Source: Chloropicon primus
Taxonomy: Eukaryota
Direction of reading: 5' to 3'
Assembly: GCA_023205875.1 (NCBI GenBank)
Contig: CP060757.1
Span: 1,178,001 to 1,242,000 of the forward strand
DNA length: 64,000 nucleotides
Of this stretch, positions 41,773-52,851 are shown piece after piece. Position numbers and translations under genes: made by a program. Within the stretch, counting starts at the first letter, position 1; the number at the start of each line of letters is the position of its first letter. Under the pieces are notes generated by a model. It was not told the origin of the DNA. It did not search any database and saw only the letters and a program-made list of their open reading frames with translations.

Positions 41773-42390
41773 TTTCACGGTGGTGTTCGTGGTCGAGCTT
41801 TGCAAAACGCTTCTGCCAGGCGTAACGGCCGTCGTCCGCAAACCCTCAGTAAGTAAAGCACGCGTATGGCGTAAGTGTGTCGTTCGTCCTGCGTCGTCGT
41901 CGCGGTCGCCACGGAACAAGCACAAGTGTGCTCCTCGTCGCCACAATAGGGACCCTCTCTCTCTGGCCGCCACGATCGTCGCTCAAGGGGCTCTTTGATG
42001 ACCGATCAATGGCCTCACGTTTTGTTTTTGGCGGTTTAAACCGGGAAACATCCTAAGACGTTACCCTCATGTTGTTTCTCCCACTTCCGTGAAACGAAAG
42101 GAAAAAAATGAAAAACATTTGCGTTTCCCGCGTCGGTCTCGTCGATCTCCGTCCACCCATTTTTCGTCTCCGGATTTTTTTGTTAACGTCCAACCTCAGT
42201 CTAGTCCTGGCGCGAATCGGGGACTTCGATGGCGTCAAACAACAGCTGGGCTTGATGATGCGGGACTCTCCCTTACTTGCGCGACGCGCTCCACCGGACC
42301 AGAATCGAAGTCGACCTCGGCGACCGTTACGCAAAGAGCAGCAGCAGCAGCAGCAAGAGAAGACATTGCCTTGACGACGAGGAGGAGAAG

Positions 42391-43293
42391 ATGGCACCAC
42401 GACTGAGCAGCCCCCTGGCAACGATGCTGGTGTTCAGCGCGTGCGGGCTCGTGGGCCTGACCGCGGCCTGGGACCAGTACGCCCCGACGTGCGAGGAGGA
42501 CATCCGCGCGGCGATCATGTTCCGCGAGGCGAACGTGAACCGCTCGGCGAGGTGGGGCTCGGCCCTGAAGAGCTGGTACGGCGGGGGGGAGAGCTGCCCC
42601 CACTGCGCGGACGACCCTTGCGGGTCGCACGGGTACCACGGCAACTGGGAGGGCCTCGAGTGCAGGGGCGACTGGGTGATCGAGGACGGCTGGAGCCGCT
42701 GGTCCGGCCAGAAGTCCGCCAAGGGCCCGTGCAAGAAGATCACCAACTTCCACCTGCCCGACAGGGGGCTCGAGGGCCCCTTCCCGGAGCACCTCAAGTA
42801 CTTCCCCAACCTGCACGAGATCGACCTGGACTCGAACAACATGTTCGGCGAGCTCCCTGAGTGGGTGGCGTGCATGACCAACCTGATCGAGATCGACTTG
42901 GAGGAGAACGACTTCACGGGGACCATCCCGAGGGCCTGGGGGAACCTACCCCAGCTCGAGGAGGTGGAGGTCGACGACAACCCCCAGCTGAGGGGGTGCA
43001 TCCCGCACGGCCTGCCCGCGAACGAGCACGGGGGCAAGGTGAGCTTCTCCTCCGACCCGAAGATCGGGACGTCCTGGGGCGGCACCAGGATCAACGGGCA
43101 GAGGTGCCAGAACGCCCCGATGCCCGACTGCTCCCACACCAAGATCCCCGAGGACGCCCCCATGCCGAGCAAGGGGACCGTCCCCTCGCACGGCGGGGAC
43201 CACCACGCCCCAGAGGGCATGACCCCGGAGGAGGCCGAGGAGTACTTCAGGCAGAAGCTCGAGGAGACCAACAGGGTCTTCTCCAACCCCTAG
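42391..43293 (+). CDS. Secreted plant-type leucine-rich repeat protein
   Basis: Signal peptide, LRR N-cap (PC...WEGLEC) and LxxLxLxxNxxxGxxP repeats. Confidence 0.8.
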   Translation: MAPRLSSPLATMLVFSACGLVGLTAAWDQYAPTCEEDIRAAIMFREANVNRSARWGSALKSWYGGGESCPHCADDPCGSHGYHGNWEGLECRGDWVIEDGWSRWSGQKSAKGPCKKITNFHLPDRGLEGPFPEHLKYFPNLHEIDLDSNNMFGELPEWVACMTNLIEIDLEENDFTGTIPRAWGNLPQLEEVEVDDNPQLRGCIPHGLPANEHGGKVSFSSDPKIGTSWGGTRINGQRCQNAPMPDCSHTKIPEDAPMPSKGTVPSHGGDHHAPEGMTPEEAEEYFRQKLEETNRVFSNP

Positions 43294-43455
43294 GGGGAGG
43301 TTGTCGGGCGAGCGGACGCCCCGCGCGCGCGTTCACCCACAAACTTAAAAAAAAAAAACCTTTCTTACAGCCAAAACTCCTTTTACCGCATGCAGTAGTA
43401 GTACACATTCTTATTTTCTTCTTTGTCTCCTTCTTCCCATCGCCCAGCCTCACCC

Positions 43456-45219
43456 TCACCGGATGACAAAGGTTCTGGCCCTCTGGAGCGCGGGAGTCAG
43501 CCAGGCCCCGTCCGAGGCGTCCACCAGGTCGACGCTCGACAGGACGTCCATCGAGTACAGGATCTCCGTCGGCGTCATCGAGTCCCAGTTCATGCTGGTG
43601 TGCGCCTTGGCCCTCCTCAGCGCGGCGGGGTCCACCTCGCAGCCCTGGTCCCTCATGGCCCACAGCAGCAGCCCGAAGCTGTGGCTGACCCAGTTGGCGT
43701 CCTCCGAGAGGCAGGCCGCGATGCCGTCCAGGAGGCTCGAGTCTTTCAGGGGCACCCTCAAGATGGTCATGGACCAAATCATGCGGCACAGGGCCCCCCT
43801 CTTCAGGCCGTCAAAGGCGTGGTCCTCCACGTAGCGAGTCGCGCGGCTCTCGTACTCCCCGCCGATGGAGTACCCGCTCGTCGCGAAGGCCCAAAGGGAG
43901 TCGTGCACCGTCACGTGGTCGAGGGCCCCCTCCGTGGCGACCAAGGACTTCTCCAGGCTCGTCAGGTAGGCCACCGGGACCTCGAAGTTCAGCATGATGA
44001 GGCTCTTGATGAGCCGGCACGTCTGCCTCAGCACGTCCCTGCCGCTCCCGGCGAGGAACCCCTCCGAGATCACCGCGAGGGAGGCCTCCAATATGCCCTC
44101 GTGTGGCTTCCTCGCGAGCTTGTGGCAGGCCCTGAGGTACGTGTTCAGCACAAAGGCGCCCCCCCGTTCAGACTGCAGGAGGGCCAGGACCTTCCCGTCC
44201 AACAGGCGAAGCACCTTGTCCGGGGGGTAGTACTGCAGCTCCGCGAAGGACCACAGGACGTTCGCCGCGTTCCTCAGGTTCATCGAGCTCCTCCCGCCGC
44301 TCTTCTCCAGCTCTCGCGAGATGCTGGCCGTGACGGCAAACACGGAGTCCTGCATCTCGTCCGACTGCAGGTGGGCGAGGGAGCTCAGCACGTTGGTCAG
44401 GCACTTGAGGCTCATCTCCGGCACGAGGGCCTCCGCCGCCCGGCCGAGAGCCGACATGACCGCGGGGGGAGGGCGGTACCGCTGCCTCTGGCAAGTGTAC
44501 AGCAGGCTCACCACGCTCTTCACCGGCAGGTCGCCCACGGTCTCCGAAAGTCTGCAGTACCACGAGTCGAGCTCCTCCGGATGGAGCCGGATCCCGAGCT
44601 TGCCGTGGGCCCAAAGGACGTTCTCGATGTCAACCGCGGTGAAGTCGCCAAGCGAGGCGTTCACCCTGGCCCTGACGTGCCCGAGAATGCAGACAGCGTC
44701 GTCCACGCACCAACCCTCGAAGTTCCCCATCTTCCCGCACGCGTTGGCAACCGTAGAGAGGCTCCGCGTGTTCATGGAGGGCAGCCGAAGCTTCACGAGC
44801 TCGCTCAGGTGCTCGAGGGCCTCCCTGCCGACGCCCCCCCCCTTCCTCCCTCGCCGCAGGTCTGCGACCTTGTTGTAAAGGCTGGAAACGTGAACGTCGT
44901 CCAAAAACGTGGAGTAGACCTCCACGATCTCCAAGCACGACCCCACGCTCTGGGACCTCGCTATCCGCCCCTGAATGTTCCTCGGCGAGTGCGCCGTCAC
45001 CCTCCGGCCCCCTCGTTCAGCCCCATTGAAATCCACCTCCCTCCCCAGGTCGTCCGAGACCCCCCCCGTCGCGAACGCCACGGGGCTGCACCGCCCTTCG
45101 CGCCTCGGGAGCGAGCCCGCCAGCCGCTTCAACGGTGCGGCGTGGTGCCCCACTCTGCAGGCCGGCCGGACTCTCTGCGTCGTGGAGGCCCCCTTCCCTC
45201 CTCGTCGCCTGACCTCCAT
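43456..45219 (-). CDS. OPR/RAP-like helical-repeat organellar RNA-binding protein
   Basis: Transit-peptide-like N-terminus and ~38-aa repeats such as MNTRSLSTVANACGKMG, FTAVDIENVLWAHGKLG and MNLRNAANVLWSFAELQYYPP. Confidence 0.7.
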   Translation of the reverse strand: MEVRRRGGKGASTTQRVRPACRVGHHAAPLKRLAGSLPRREGRCSPVAFATGGVSDDLGREVDFNGAERGGRRVTAHSPRNIQGRIARSQSVGSCLEIVEVYSTFLDDVHVSSLYNKVADLRRGRKGGGVGREALEHLSELVKLRLPSMNTRSLSTVANACGKMGNFEGWCVDDAVCILGHVRARVNASLGDFTAVDIENVLWAHGKLGIRLHPEELDSWYCRLSETVGDLPVKSVVSLLYTCQRQRYRPPPAVMSALGRAAEALVPEMSLKCLTNVLSSLAHLQSDEMQDSVFAVTASISRELEKSGGRSSMNLRNAANVLWSFAELQYYPPDKVLRLLDGKVLALLQSERGGAFVLNTYLRACHKLARKPHEGILEASLAVISEGFLAGSGRDVLRQTCRLIKSLIMLNFEVPVAYLTSLEKSLVATEGALDHVTVHDSLWAFATSGYSIGGEYESRATRYVEDHAFDGLKRGALCRMIWSMTILRVPLKDSSLLDGIAACLSEDANWVSHSFGLLLWAMRDQGCEVDPAALRRAKAHTSMNWDSMTPTEILYSMDVLSSVDLVDASDGAWLTPALQRARTFVIR

Positions 45220-45377
45220 GGTGGGTTGGGAGTTCCTCCTTTTTTGAGGATGAGGGCCAAGGCCACGGGGGAGAGAGATATCGCAGATCGCACGTGGCCG
45301 TGAGGAGAGAGAGGGAGAGAGGGAGGTGAGGAGCAGTATCAATATTCGCGCCCGGTATACTACATAGTGTACACTCC

Positions 45378-46678
45378 TTATGATACATTCCTGACCAGCT
45401 TGAGGATTCTTTCGTACACCGCGAAAGTGATCGCGGACTGAGGCATGGTCCGCATCAGGTTGGGAACCATCCCCTTGTAAAATCCACGGAAACCTTCCTT
45501 GTGAAGCATGGTCCTGAAGGTCGCGACCATCGTGGGAGGCTTGACCTTTCCGTGCCCTCCCGCGTCCTGCCGCTTCTGCAGGCGTGTTCTCACCACCTGC
45601 GCAGGGTAGGTGAAGAACGTGGCAAAGAGCTTCGAGCAGGCCCCTATCGCCCCGATGTGCAAGCTGGAGAGGTCCACGGTTCCTTGCTGCGACGGGCTTC
45701 TGCCCAGCATGAAGTCCCTCGACATGGTCGACAAACCCTCGTAGGCCATCAGCTGCAGGGACCCTTGCGCCACGAGAAGCATGGAGGGCCAGATCCCCCT
45801 GTAGAAGCCGGCAAGTCCTGAGGAGCGCGTCGAACGAAAGCCGTCAGTCTCTTGCCGCCGCCAGCGGCTTCTGCGATCGAGCACACACAGTCTCCCCTCC
45901 CTGGCCCCCTTGTTCCTCCGTAGTACTCACCTTCCTTTCTCCAGATGCTCTTGGCCGCGCTCGTCATTCCGGTGTACCTATCCACCGGTGGAGCTCCCGC
46001 AGCGGCGCCCCCGGACCCGCTCATCGCCATGCCCCCCCCCAGCTGCAGCTGCAAGCGAGTCTTGATGACCCAGATGGGATTCGTCAGCAGGGTCACCAGG
46101 GCCCCGGCCTCAAGGGCGCAAACCAAGTTCTGCAGCGGAGAAAGCTGCGCTTGATTGGACTGGAGGCCCGCGCCTGGTGAGGTTTCGGAACCCCTGAACT
46201 GACTCTTGAAACCGTTGTACGCCATGAAGTACAGCCCCCAAGCCACCCCGGAACCCGTCATCGAGGGTGCGAGACCTGTCGTCGTCGTTCGTGGTGTGGT
46301 TGTCGTGTCGTTCCAAAACAGACAATTGAGAAGGCGACGTCAGGACTGTTGAAGCGAACGGGAATCGAAATGCAGGGCCACAGCTCCCACCCACCCACCT
46401 GAATAGAGGCCCCTCCACCCCTCCAGCCTCACGATGCTTCGGATGGCGTCCTTCGTCCCGGCGTACCTCGGCAAGGACGACGACGAGGAGGACGAGGTGG
46501 AAGCCCCCCTGCCTCCCCCCCCTCTCTTCTCCCCCCCCGGGCCGTGGTCCTGCGCTTGCAGTCGCACCTTCACCAGCTCTATGGGGTGCAGTATCACCGT
46601 CGTCGTGACCCCTGCCCCACATCCCGCCACCAGGTGCTTCCACAGCCCTCCTCTCTCGCCGCTCGAGGACGACGCCAT
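45378..46678 (-). CDS. Mitochondrial carrier family folate/FAD transporter (SLC25A32/FOLT1-like); exons 46678-46399, 46275-45931 and 45817-45378
   Basis: Three carrier signatures (HPIELVKVRLQ, NPIWVIKTRLQ, YPAQVVRTRLQ), AWGLYF, and two GT-AG introns. Confidence 0.88.
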
Positions 46679-46846
46679 CGTCAAAGATCTCTCTCTCTAG
46701 CTCCCGCTTTTTTTCAAAACGCACAGGAGAGAGAGGACGAGGACGAGGGCGGTCCAACTGTTGGGGAGTGCAGAACGGAAGGCCTTGAGTGGTCTTGGTC
46801 GCACGTTGGTGAGGTGGGATCCGCATCAGGAGCAACGTCGGAAAGG

Positions 46847-46882
46847 AGAAGAAGAAGAAGAAGAAGAAGAAGAAGAAGAAGA

Positions 46883-46928
<46 letters not shown>
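46847..46928. repeat. Compound microsatellite (GAA)n(GA)n
   Basis: Direct reading of the sequence between divergent genes. Confidence 0.95.
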
Positions 46929-46934
<6 letters not shown>

Positions 46935-46973
46935 GAAGACAGTGGCGTTCGTGATTTGCTATTCATTAAAATC

Positions 46974-47846
46974 ATGGTGAGTGGGGAAGCGAGAGGGCTG
47001 GTGGAGGAGTACCTAAGCGGGTCCGGGGCGAATGCGGTGGACGGGGACGCGGTGGACTACCTCCTGGGACTCGTGTCGACGCTGGACGCGACGGATGCGG
47101 AGGGCGTTCAGGAGTGCTGCGGGGTTTTTGTCGAGTACAAATCGGAACTCGCGGGGGGCAGCGGGGCGGGGGAGATGGAGGAGGCGGAGAGGGCGATCGA
47201 GGGGGTCAAAGCCGCGCTCAGAGGCAAGGACGCGGCCGAGAACGCGCCGAACGAGGAGAGGGACCTGCTCAACAGCATGAAGTCGCTCCTGAGCAAGGTG
47301 CACACCTTCACTGAGAGGCAGGACGAGAACGGGGACGAGGGCCCTCCTCCCGGGCTGCCCGACCGCAAGGGCAACCACGTCAGCGTGCTGAGGGGAATCA
47401 TAGAGGCTGCCTCCGAGGGCAAGGGCGGCAAGGAGGTCAGCGACGCGACGATCGAGATGATCCTGGACGAGTGCAACGGTGACCTTGGGGAGGCTGCCCT
47501 GTGGATCACTGAGAACGACGTTTGGACGTATCAGAGCCACCTTCTGAAGAAGGACAAGGAGAGGGAGGAAGCGATCGCGGACAGCAAGGCGAACAACTCG
47601 AAGATCTTTGAGAGGTACGGGCTCCGTCCCGTGAGCACCAACTCGGCCGACCTCTCCCTCGCGAGGAGGGGCGGCAAAAGCTCCAAGGATAAGGACAAGG
47701 GCCCAAAGGTGAGGTACCACGAGGGCCAGGTGGTCACCTCGCGCGGCGAGAAGTACATCACTGTGAAGGACGAGAAGGAGGAGTGGGACGGGGGAAGCAG
47801 GGGCAAGGTGATCACCAAAGGAAAGAGAGGAAAGGGATTCACCTGA
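46974..47846 (+). CDS. CUE/UBA-like domain protein, CUEDC2-like
   Basis: SDATIEMILDECNGDLGEAALWI and C-terminal KVRYHEGQVVTSRGEKYI. Confidence 0.55.
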   Translation: MVSGEARGLVEEYLSGSGANAVDGDAVDYLLGLVSTLDATDAEGVQECCGVFVEYKSELAGGSGAGEMEEAERAIEGVKAALRGKDAAENAPNEERDLLNSMKSLLSKVHTFTERQDENGDEGPPPGLPDRKGNHVSVLRGIIEAASEGKGGKEVSDATIEMILDECNGDLGEAALWITENDVWTYQSHLLKKDKEREEAIADSKANNSKIFERYGLRPVSTNSADLSLARRGGKSSKDKDKGPKVRYHEGQVVTSRGEKYITVKDEKEEWDGGSRGKVITKGKRGKGFT

Positions 47847-47939
47847 AGCGGAGCAAAAGATGTTTGTTCCCTGTGAACACGCACAACGCCAAACTTTTAA
47901 ATTATACAGGACCATGTAAAGGAACACACGACTCGGCCT

Positions 47940-48779
47940 CTACAACCTTTGTCGACTCGCGAAGGATTGCGAGAGGAACTCGTCCTGACCAAAGTAGCAC
48001 CCGGCAATGGCCAACAAGAGCTTCAGTCGATCCGATTCCACCTCCCCCTCGCCTAAACGACCAAGCCTGCCCCCCTGGCAGCGCTCGAGGTTCTCCACGC
48101 AGAACTTGACCAGGCTGCGGAAGCTCGCGGAAGAGTCGTCGCTTAGGGGCTTGTGGATCTTCACCGAGAGGGCGAAGATCCACGTGCAAGTCCCCTCGGT
48201 CACCGAAACCCCAAGTCCCTTCCCAGCGCCAGGGACTGACTTGACAACGTCTTCTATCAGGTTCTGCAGCAGCCACACCACCGCGGGCTCCTGCAGCGAC
48301 GAAAGGAGGGTCAGCGTAGGCTTATTCGCAGAATTCCCGCAGAATTCCAGCCACCCGGCCTTGTCGCGCTTTCCCGGCATTATCCCGTCCGCACCACTGC
48401 CCTCGAGCCTTCGCTTGGCGCTGGATTCGTCCCCCAGCCTCAGCCGGAGCGCGTCAAAGTCTGAAACGAACCCGCCCAGCTCGATCTCGTCGTACACCGA
48501 AGGCCCGGGACCGCAGCCCTCGCATGGATCGTCCACGCCTCCGCCCTCTCGATACTCCTCCTCGAGGGGGTGGCTCGATTCAGACACCAGAACTTCTGGA
48601 AGGCGGTTGGCCTCTTCTCTGACGAGGCGAAGGTACTCCTCCGCTGTCGTCGCCTCTGCCGTCGTTCTCGCAAGGCTCGCCGGCGAAGACGACGTCAATC
48701 CCGCTAACACTGGCCCACCCTCTCCTCCCCACTCCTCCTCTCCTCCCCCTCCTTCGCCTTCGTTCAACCAGGACGCCAT
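47940..48779 (-). CDS. GEMIN2: Gemin2 (SMN-interacting protein SIP1)
   Basis: TAEEYLRLVREEANRLPEV, WIFALSVKIHKPL, LLLAIAGCYFGQ. Confidence 0.85.
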   Translation of the reverse strand: MASWLNEGEGGGGEEEWGGEGGPVLAGLTSSSPASLARTTAEATTAEEYLRLVREEANRLPEVLVSESSHPLEEEYREGGGVDDPCEGCGPGPSVYDEIELGGFVSDFDALRLRLGDESSAKRRLEGSGADGIMPGKRDKAGWLEFCGNSANKPTLTLLSSLQEPAVVWLLQNLIEDVVKSVPGAGKGLGVSVTEGTCTWIFALSVKIHKPLSDDSSASFRSLVKFCVENLERCQGGRLGRLGEGEVESDRLKLLLAIAGCYFGQDEFLSQSFASRQRL

Positions 48780-48871
48780 GATGGCGCGCCGGCCCTGGAT
48801 CCAGGACCCCTGCCGCTACAGGAGTAACCCCTCCGGGGTACTCCGAACTTTTGCGTGATGGTATCGTGTAA

Positions 48872-49014
48872 TCAGTTGATGAGAAGCAAACGTAGACGCA
48901 GCGCAGGCCTAGCTCTGGCGAAGCCCTGCGGGTGCGTCCATGAGTGTGATCGCTCTCACCAGCGATCACACGAGGATTCTCGTTACGTTTGCTAAACATT
49001 TGCTAAATCTGATG
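48872..49014 (+). ncRNA. Structured RNA candidate with box C/D-like motifs (resembles the U3 3' domain)
   Basis: TGATGA at 48877-48882 and CTGA at 49009-49012. Perfect helices 48885-48894/48984-48993 and 48944-48954/48961-48971, plus 48895-48900/48933-48938 and 48902-48907/48925-48930. Confidence 0.4.
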
Positions 49015-49244
49015 TAATATGGCGCGCCGGTCATGTGACTAGCTCTCGTGATGACTGGACGGACGCGCAGCGCAGCAGTTTTGGGTTTGGTTTTCTCGCG
49101 CGAAAGCAAGGAGGTTTGGCTGGACGAGGTTGGGGACGAGGGGAGGGGAAGACCGCAGTACGGAGCGAAGGTTTTTACTCGAGAGCTCTTTCGGTCGTCG
49201 GAGGGGAGGATCGAGAGGACGCAGGGAGGATCGGGAGGACGACG

Positions 49245-50447
49245 ATGAGGACGCAGGGTCGGTGGGGGCTCGGTGGGGCGAAGGGGGTTGCTTCTGGGGG
49301 AGGAGGGAGGCGGTGCGTGAGGCGAGAGGCCGCGGGTGACTTCGTGGTTGCGGGGGATATTGGCGGGACGAATGCACGCTTCCAGCTGTGGCAGCTTGGT
49401 AAGAGAGGGACCAAGGAACTCGTGCTGAAGATGAAGTATCCAACCGCGGACTTCAAGACGTTCGTGGACGCTCTCCTGCAGTTCGACACGGACTGCAAGT
49501 ACGAGGTGGGTGCGGGGGACTTCAGGCCGCCACAGTCTTCCGCGTTTGCGGCTGCTGGGGTCGTTATCGACAACAGGTTGTGCTCGATGACGAACCTCGA
49601 TTGGACTCTGTGCTCCAGCGAGATCAGGGAGAAGACGAGTTGGAAGCACGCGAGGATCTTGAACGACTTTGAGGCCGTAGGGTACGGAGTCCTGGCGATG
49701 GAGGAAGGTAAGCGCGGACAACAGAGTGGCTGTGATTGTCGTAGCCCGTTTCGGTGCAATGCAAAACCCATACATGTCTGACTCTTGCGCTCCTTTTGGC
49801 AAAACCAAACAGAGGACAAGCACGTAGTGCACGGCGGGAGCCCGCAACCCAAGGGCCCAAAGGTCGTCCTTGGCCCAGGGACAGGGTTCGGCCAAGCGCA
49901 GCTCTTCTGGAACGAGAAGAAGGAAGCGTACACGGTGATGCCCTCGGAAGGCGCGCACGGAGATTTCGGGCCCAGGGGGGCAAAGCAGCGCAAGCTTTCC
50001 GAGTTCGTGGAGAAGAAGATGGGTTACTGCGAGCTGGAGCACGTGTGCTGCGGTCCCGGGCTGGAAAATATCTACGAGTTCCTCTCGACCGAAGGACGTG
50101 GCTCAAGCGAGGGCCAGCCTAGGAAGAGAGCCCCCGAGATATCGGAGGCCGCTCTCGGTGGGACGGATGACCTCGCAGTGGAGGCGGTTGAGCTGCTCCT
50201 GACTATTTTGGGTCAGGAGGCTGGGAACTGGGGGCTGAGGTCCCTCGCGAGGGGAGGGGTGTACATCGCGGGAGGGATCACCCCCAAGCTTCTGCCGATA
50301 CTGGAAAACGGGTGCCTGAAAAAGGCGTTCTTGCACAAGGAGAGCAGATTCACTAAGGTCCTGGAATCAGTACCTCTCACTCTGGTCACGACGGATGACA
50401 TTGGGTTGGCAGGTTCCTGCCTGTACGCCAGCAGGGCACTCTCGTGA
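49245..50447 (+). CDS. Glucokinase (Glk family); exons 49245-49707 and 49813-50447
   Basis: AGDIGGTNARF, MTNLDW, LNDFEAVGYG, GPGTGFG, PSEGAH, GGVYIAGGI. GT-AG intron 49708-49812. Confidence 0.92.
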
Positions 50448-50487
50448 TCCTGCACAAATAAAGGAAACGTCGATATACTTTACAATC

Positions 50488-51009
50488 TCAGCTCTTGTCG
50501 CGCCGCAGTTGAGACAACCTTTTCAGAAGGTGCAGGATTTCCATGGTGCTGGAGTCCAAGCGGTGATCCACGGCGTCCCTCAAGGCTTTCTGCGCTCGCG
50601 GCGACTCCATCGTTTCCCTGAGGGCCCGAGCAGCCGCATCCGGCTCCATGCCACTCAAGTGCGTTTTGCTGTGCAGGGGGCTTCCCTTGTGGTAACTCTC
50701 GTCGAACGGTTTGGCCTTGCTCCTGTACTCAAAGGCCTTCAACCTCGTTCGGAGGGTCTCGAGGTCCAACTCGAGTTGGGCCCTCTCCAGCTCCAGGGAC
50801 TCGATCTCGGCCTCGTCCCTGTCCTGCTGCTCGAGCGTTCTCTCGCACTCTTCCAGAGCCTGGCTCAGCACAAGGCGCGTCCGGCGCGAAAGCTCTGCCG
50901 CCCCCCTCCCTCGTTCCCCTCCCGCCTCGGTCCCCTGCACAAGGTCTGCATCCAGGGCGCTCGCTATCGCCTCCCTCAGCACCAGGAGCTTCCCCTCCAC
51001 CTCACTCAT
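50488..51009 (-). CDS. Hypothetical coiled-coil protein
   Basis: ORF with host-like codon usage and a heptad-like LEECERTLEQQD...LELDLETL segment. Confidence 0.55.
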   Translation of the reverse strand: MSEVEGKLLVLREAIASALDADLVQGTEAGGERGRGAAELSRRTRLVLSQALEECERTLEQQDRDEAEIESLELERAQLELDLETLRTRLKAFEYRSKAKPFDESYHKGSPLHSKTHLSGMEPDAAARALRETMESPRAQKALRDAVDHRLDSSTMEILHLLKRLSQLRRDKS

Positions 51010-51454
51010 ACCCTGCGGACACACCAACTCCCCTCGAGCGAGACGAGACTACCCCCAAATCATCCTCTGTCCTCCTCTACCCCCTCCAGCTCCAGTTCAG
51101 TTCCATCCCTCGCGAGGAGAGAGCACACCAGTCACCGGAACAAGGATTAGGTTGTACCAAATCAAAACCTCCTTCGTGGGCGCACCCTTCGAAGGACCCT
51201 CGTCCTCGTCCTCCACCGGCCGGTGCAAACAAACGCTTCGTTCTAGTCTGCAAGATCCTGTCGGCGCACAGGAGGAGGACGGGACGCGAGGAGGAGGACG
51301 GGAAGGAGGGAAGGAGGGAAGGAGGGGAGCAGGGAGGCGCGCCTTTTCGTCTTTCGCTCGGAAGCGTCCGTCGCTCGAAAGAAACGACGCGGCGGCGAGG
51401 ACTGGAACCGAAAGAGAGTCGAGTCGAGGGAGAGAGAGAGAGAGAGAGAGAGAG

Positions 51455-52807
51455 ATGAAGGTGAAGGTGATAAACCGCGTGGAAGCGCGGGAGACGTGCG
51501 AGAGGAAGGGGGACTTGAAGCAGGTGAGGAGGAACCTGAACCCGGAGCTGCACCCGTTCGAGAGGGCAATAGAGTACACCAGAGCCCTGAACGCGGCCAA
51601 GCTGGAGCGAGTGTTCGCCAAACCCTTCGTTGCGGCGCTGGAGGGACACACGGACGGCATAAACTGCCTGGCGCGGAACCCGAAGAGGCTGAACTCCTTG
51701 ATATCGGGCTCGGCGAGTGGGGAGCTTTTCCTTTGGGACGTCCCCGAGCGGCGAACGATCTATAATTACGTGGGGCACAAGCGGGCAGTCAGGGCGGTCA
51801 CGGTGTCGGAGTGCGGGAGCTTGTGCTTCTCGTGCGGCGACGAGGGCGTGGTGAAGATGTGGCGCGTCCCCCACGCGCCCCTTGGGGGAGTCACACAGAC
51901 GGTGGACCACACCGCGGTCGCGGAGTTCACCAGCGACCAGGTGCTCCGCGGGATTGACCACCACTACGAGCGGTCGCTCTTCGCCACGGCGGGGGAGAAG
52001 GTCGACGTGTGGGACCACGAGCGGTCGACCCCTGTCCATAGCTTTGTTTGGGGCGCTGATTCGGTGGAGTCGGTTCGGTTTAACCCAGTGGAGAGCGACA
52101 TCTTTACCAGTTGTGGGAACGACAGAAGCATTGCATTGTACGATATCCGGAGCGGAACGCCACTGCACAAGCTCGTGATGCAGACGAAGACGAACTCGAT
52201 AGCTTGGAACCCAATCGAGGCCTTCAACTTCACGTGCGCAAACGAGGACTGCTGCCTGTACACTTACGACATGAGGAGGCTTGATATCGCGAAGAACGTG
52301 CACAAGGACCACGTCTCCGCCGTCCTGGACGTGGACTATTCTCCGACCGGACGGGAGTTCGTCTCCGGGTCGTACGACAGGAGCATCAGGATCTTCAAGT
52401 ACGACGGGGGACACAGCAGGGACGTTTACCACACGAAGAGAATGCAGAGGGTGTTTGGCGTCAGGTACAGCGGAGACGGCTCCTACGTCTTCTCGGCTTC
52501 CGACGACATGAACGTTAGGATCTGGAAGGCCAAGGCGTCCCAGAAGATGGGAACTCTCCTCCCGAGAGAGAAGAGCAAGCAATCCTACAATGCCGCGCTG
52601 GTGAAGCGGTACGGACACATGCCAGAGATCAAGAGGATCACGAGGCACAGACACCTCCCCAAGTCCATCTACAAGACGAAACAGCTTCGCACCACGGTCA
52701 TGGAATCAGAGCGCAAAAAGCAAAGGAACAGGATCAAGCACAGTGCTCCTGGGTCGATCCAACCGAAGCCTCAGAGGAAGAAGAAGATAGTCACGAGACT
52801 TGAGTAA
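51455..52807 (+). CDS. DCAF13: DCAF13/Sof1 WD40 U3 snoRNP protein
   Basis: MKVKVINR, LHPFERAIEYTRALNAAKLERVFAKPF, HSRDVYHTKRMQRV, IKRITRHRHLPKSI. Confidence 0.95.
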   Translation: MKVKVINRVEARETCERKGDLKQVRRNLNPELHPFERAIEYTRALNAAKLERVFAKPFVAALEGHTDGINCLARNPKRLNSLISGSASGELFLWDVPERRTIYNYVGHKRAVRAVTVSECGSLCFSCGDEGVVKMWRVPHAPLGGVTQTVDHTAVAEFTSDQVLRGIDHHYERSLFATAGEKVDVWDHERSTPVHSFVWGADSVESVRFNPVESDIFTSCGNDRSIALYDIRSGTPLHKLVMQTKTNSIAWNPIEAFNFTCANEDCCLYTYDMRRLDIAKNVHKDHVSAVLDVDYSPTGREFVSGSYDRSIRIFKYDGGHSRDVYHTKRMQRVFGVRYSGDGSYVFSASDDMNVRIWKAKASQKMGTLLPREKSKQSYNAALVKRYGHMPEIKRITRHRHLPKSIYKTKQLRTTVMESERKKQRNRIKHSAPGSIQPKPQRKKKIVTRLE

Positions 52808-52851
52808 TGAAATCAAATGTGTAATACAAAACTTGTGGTTTTCTTTTTTTT

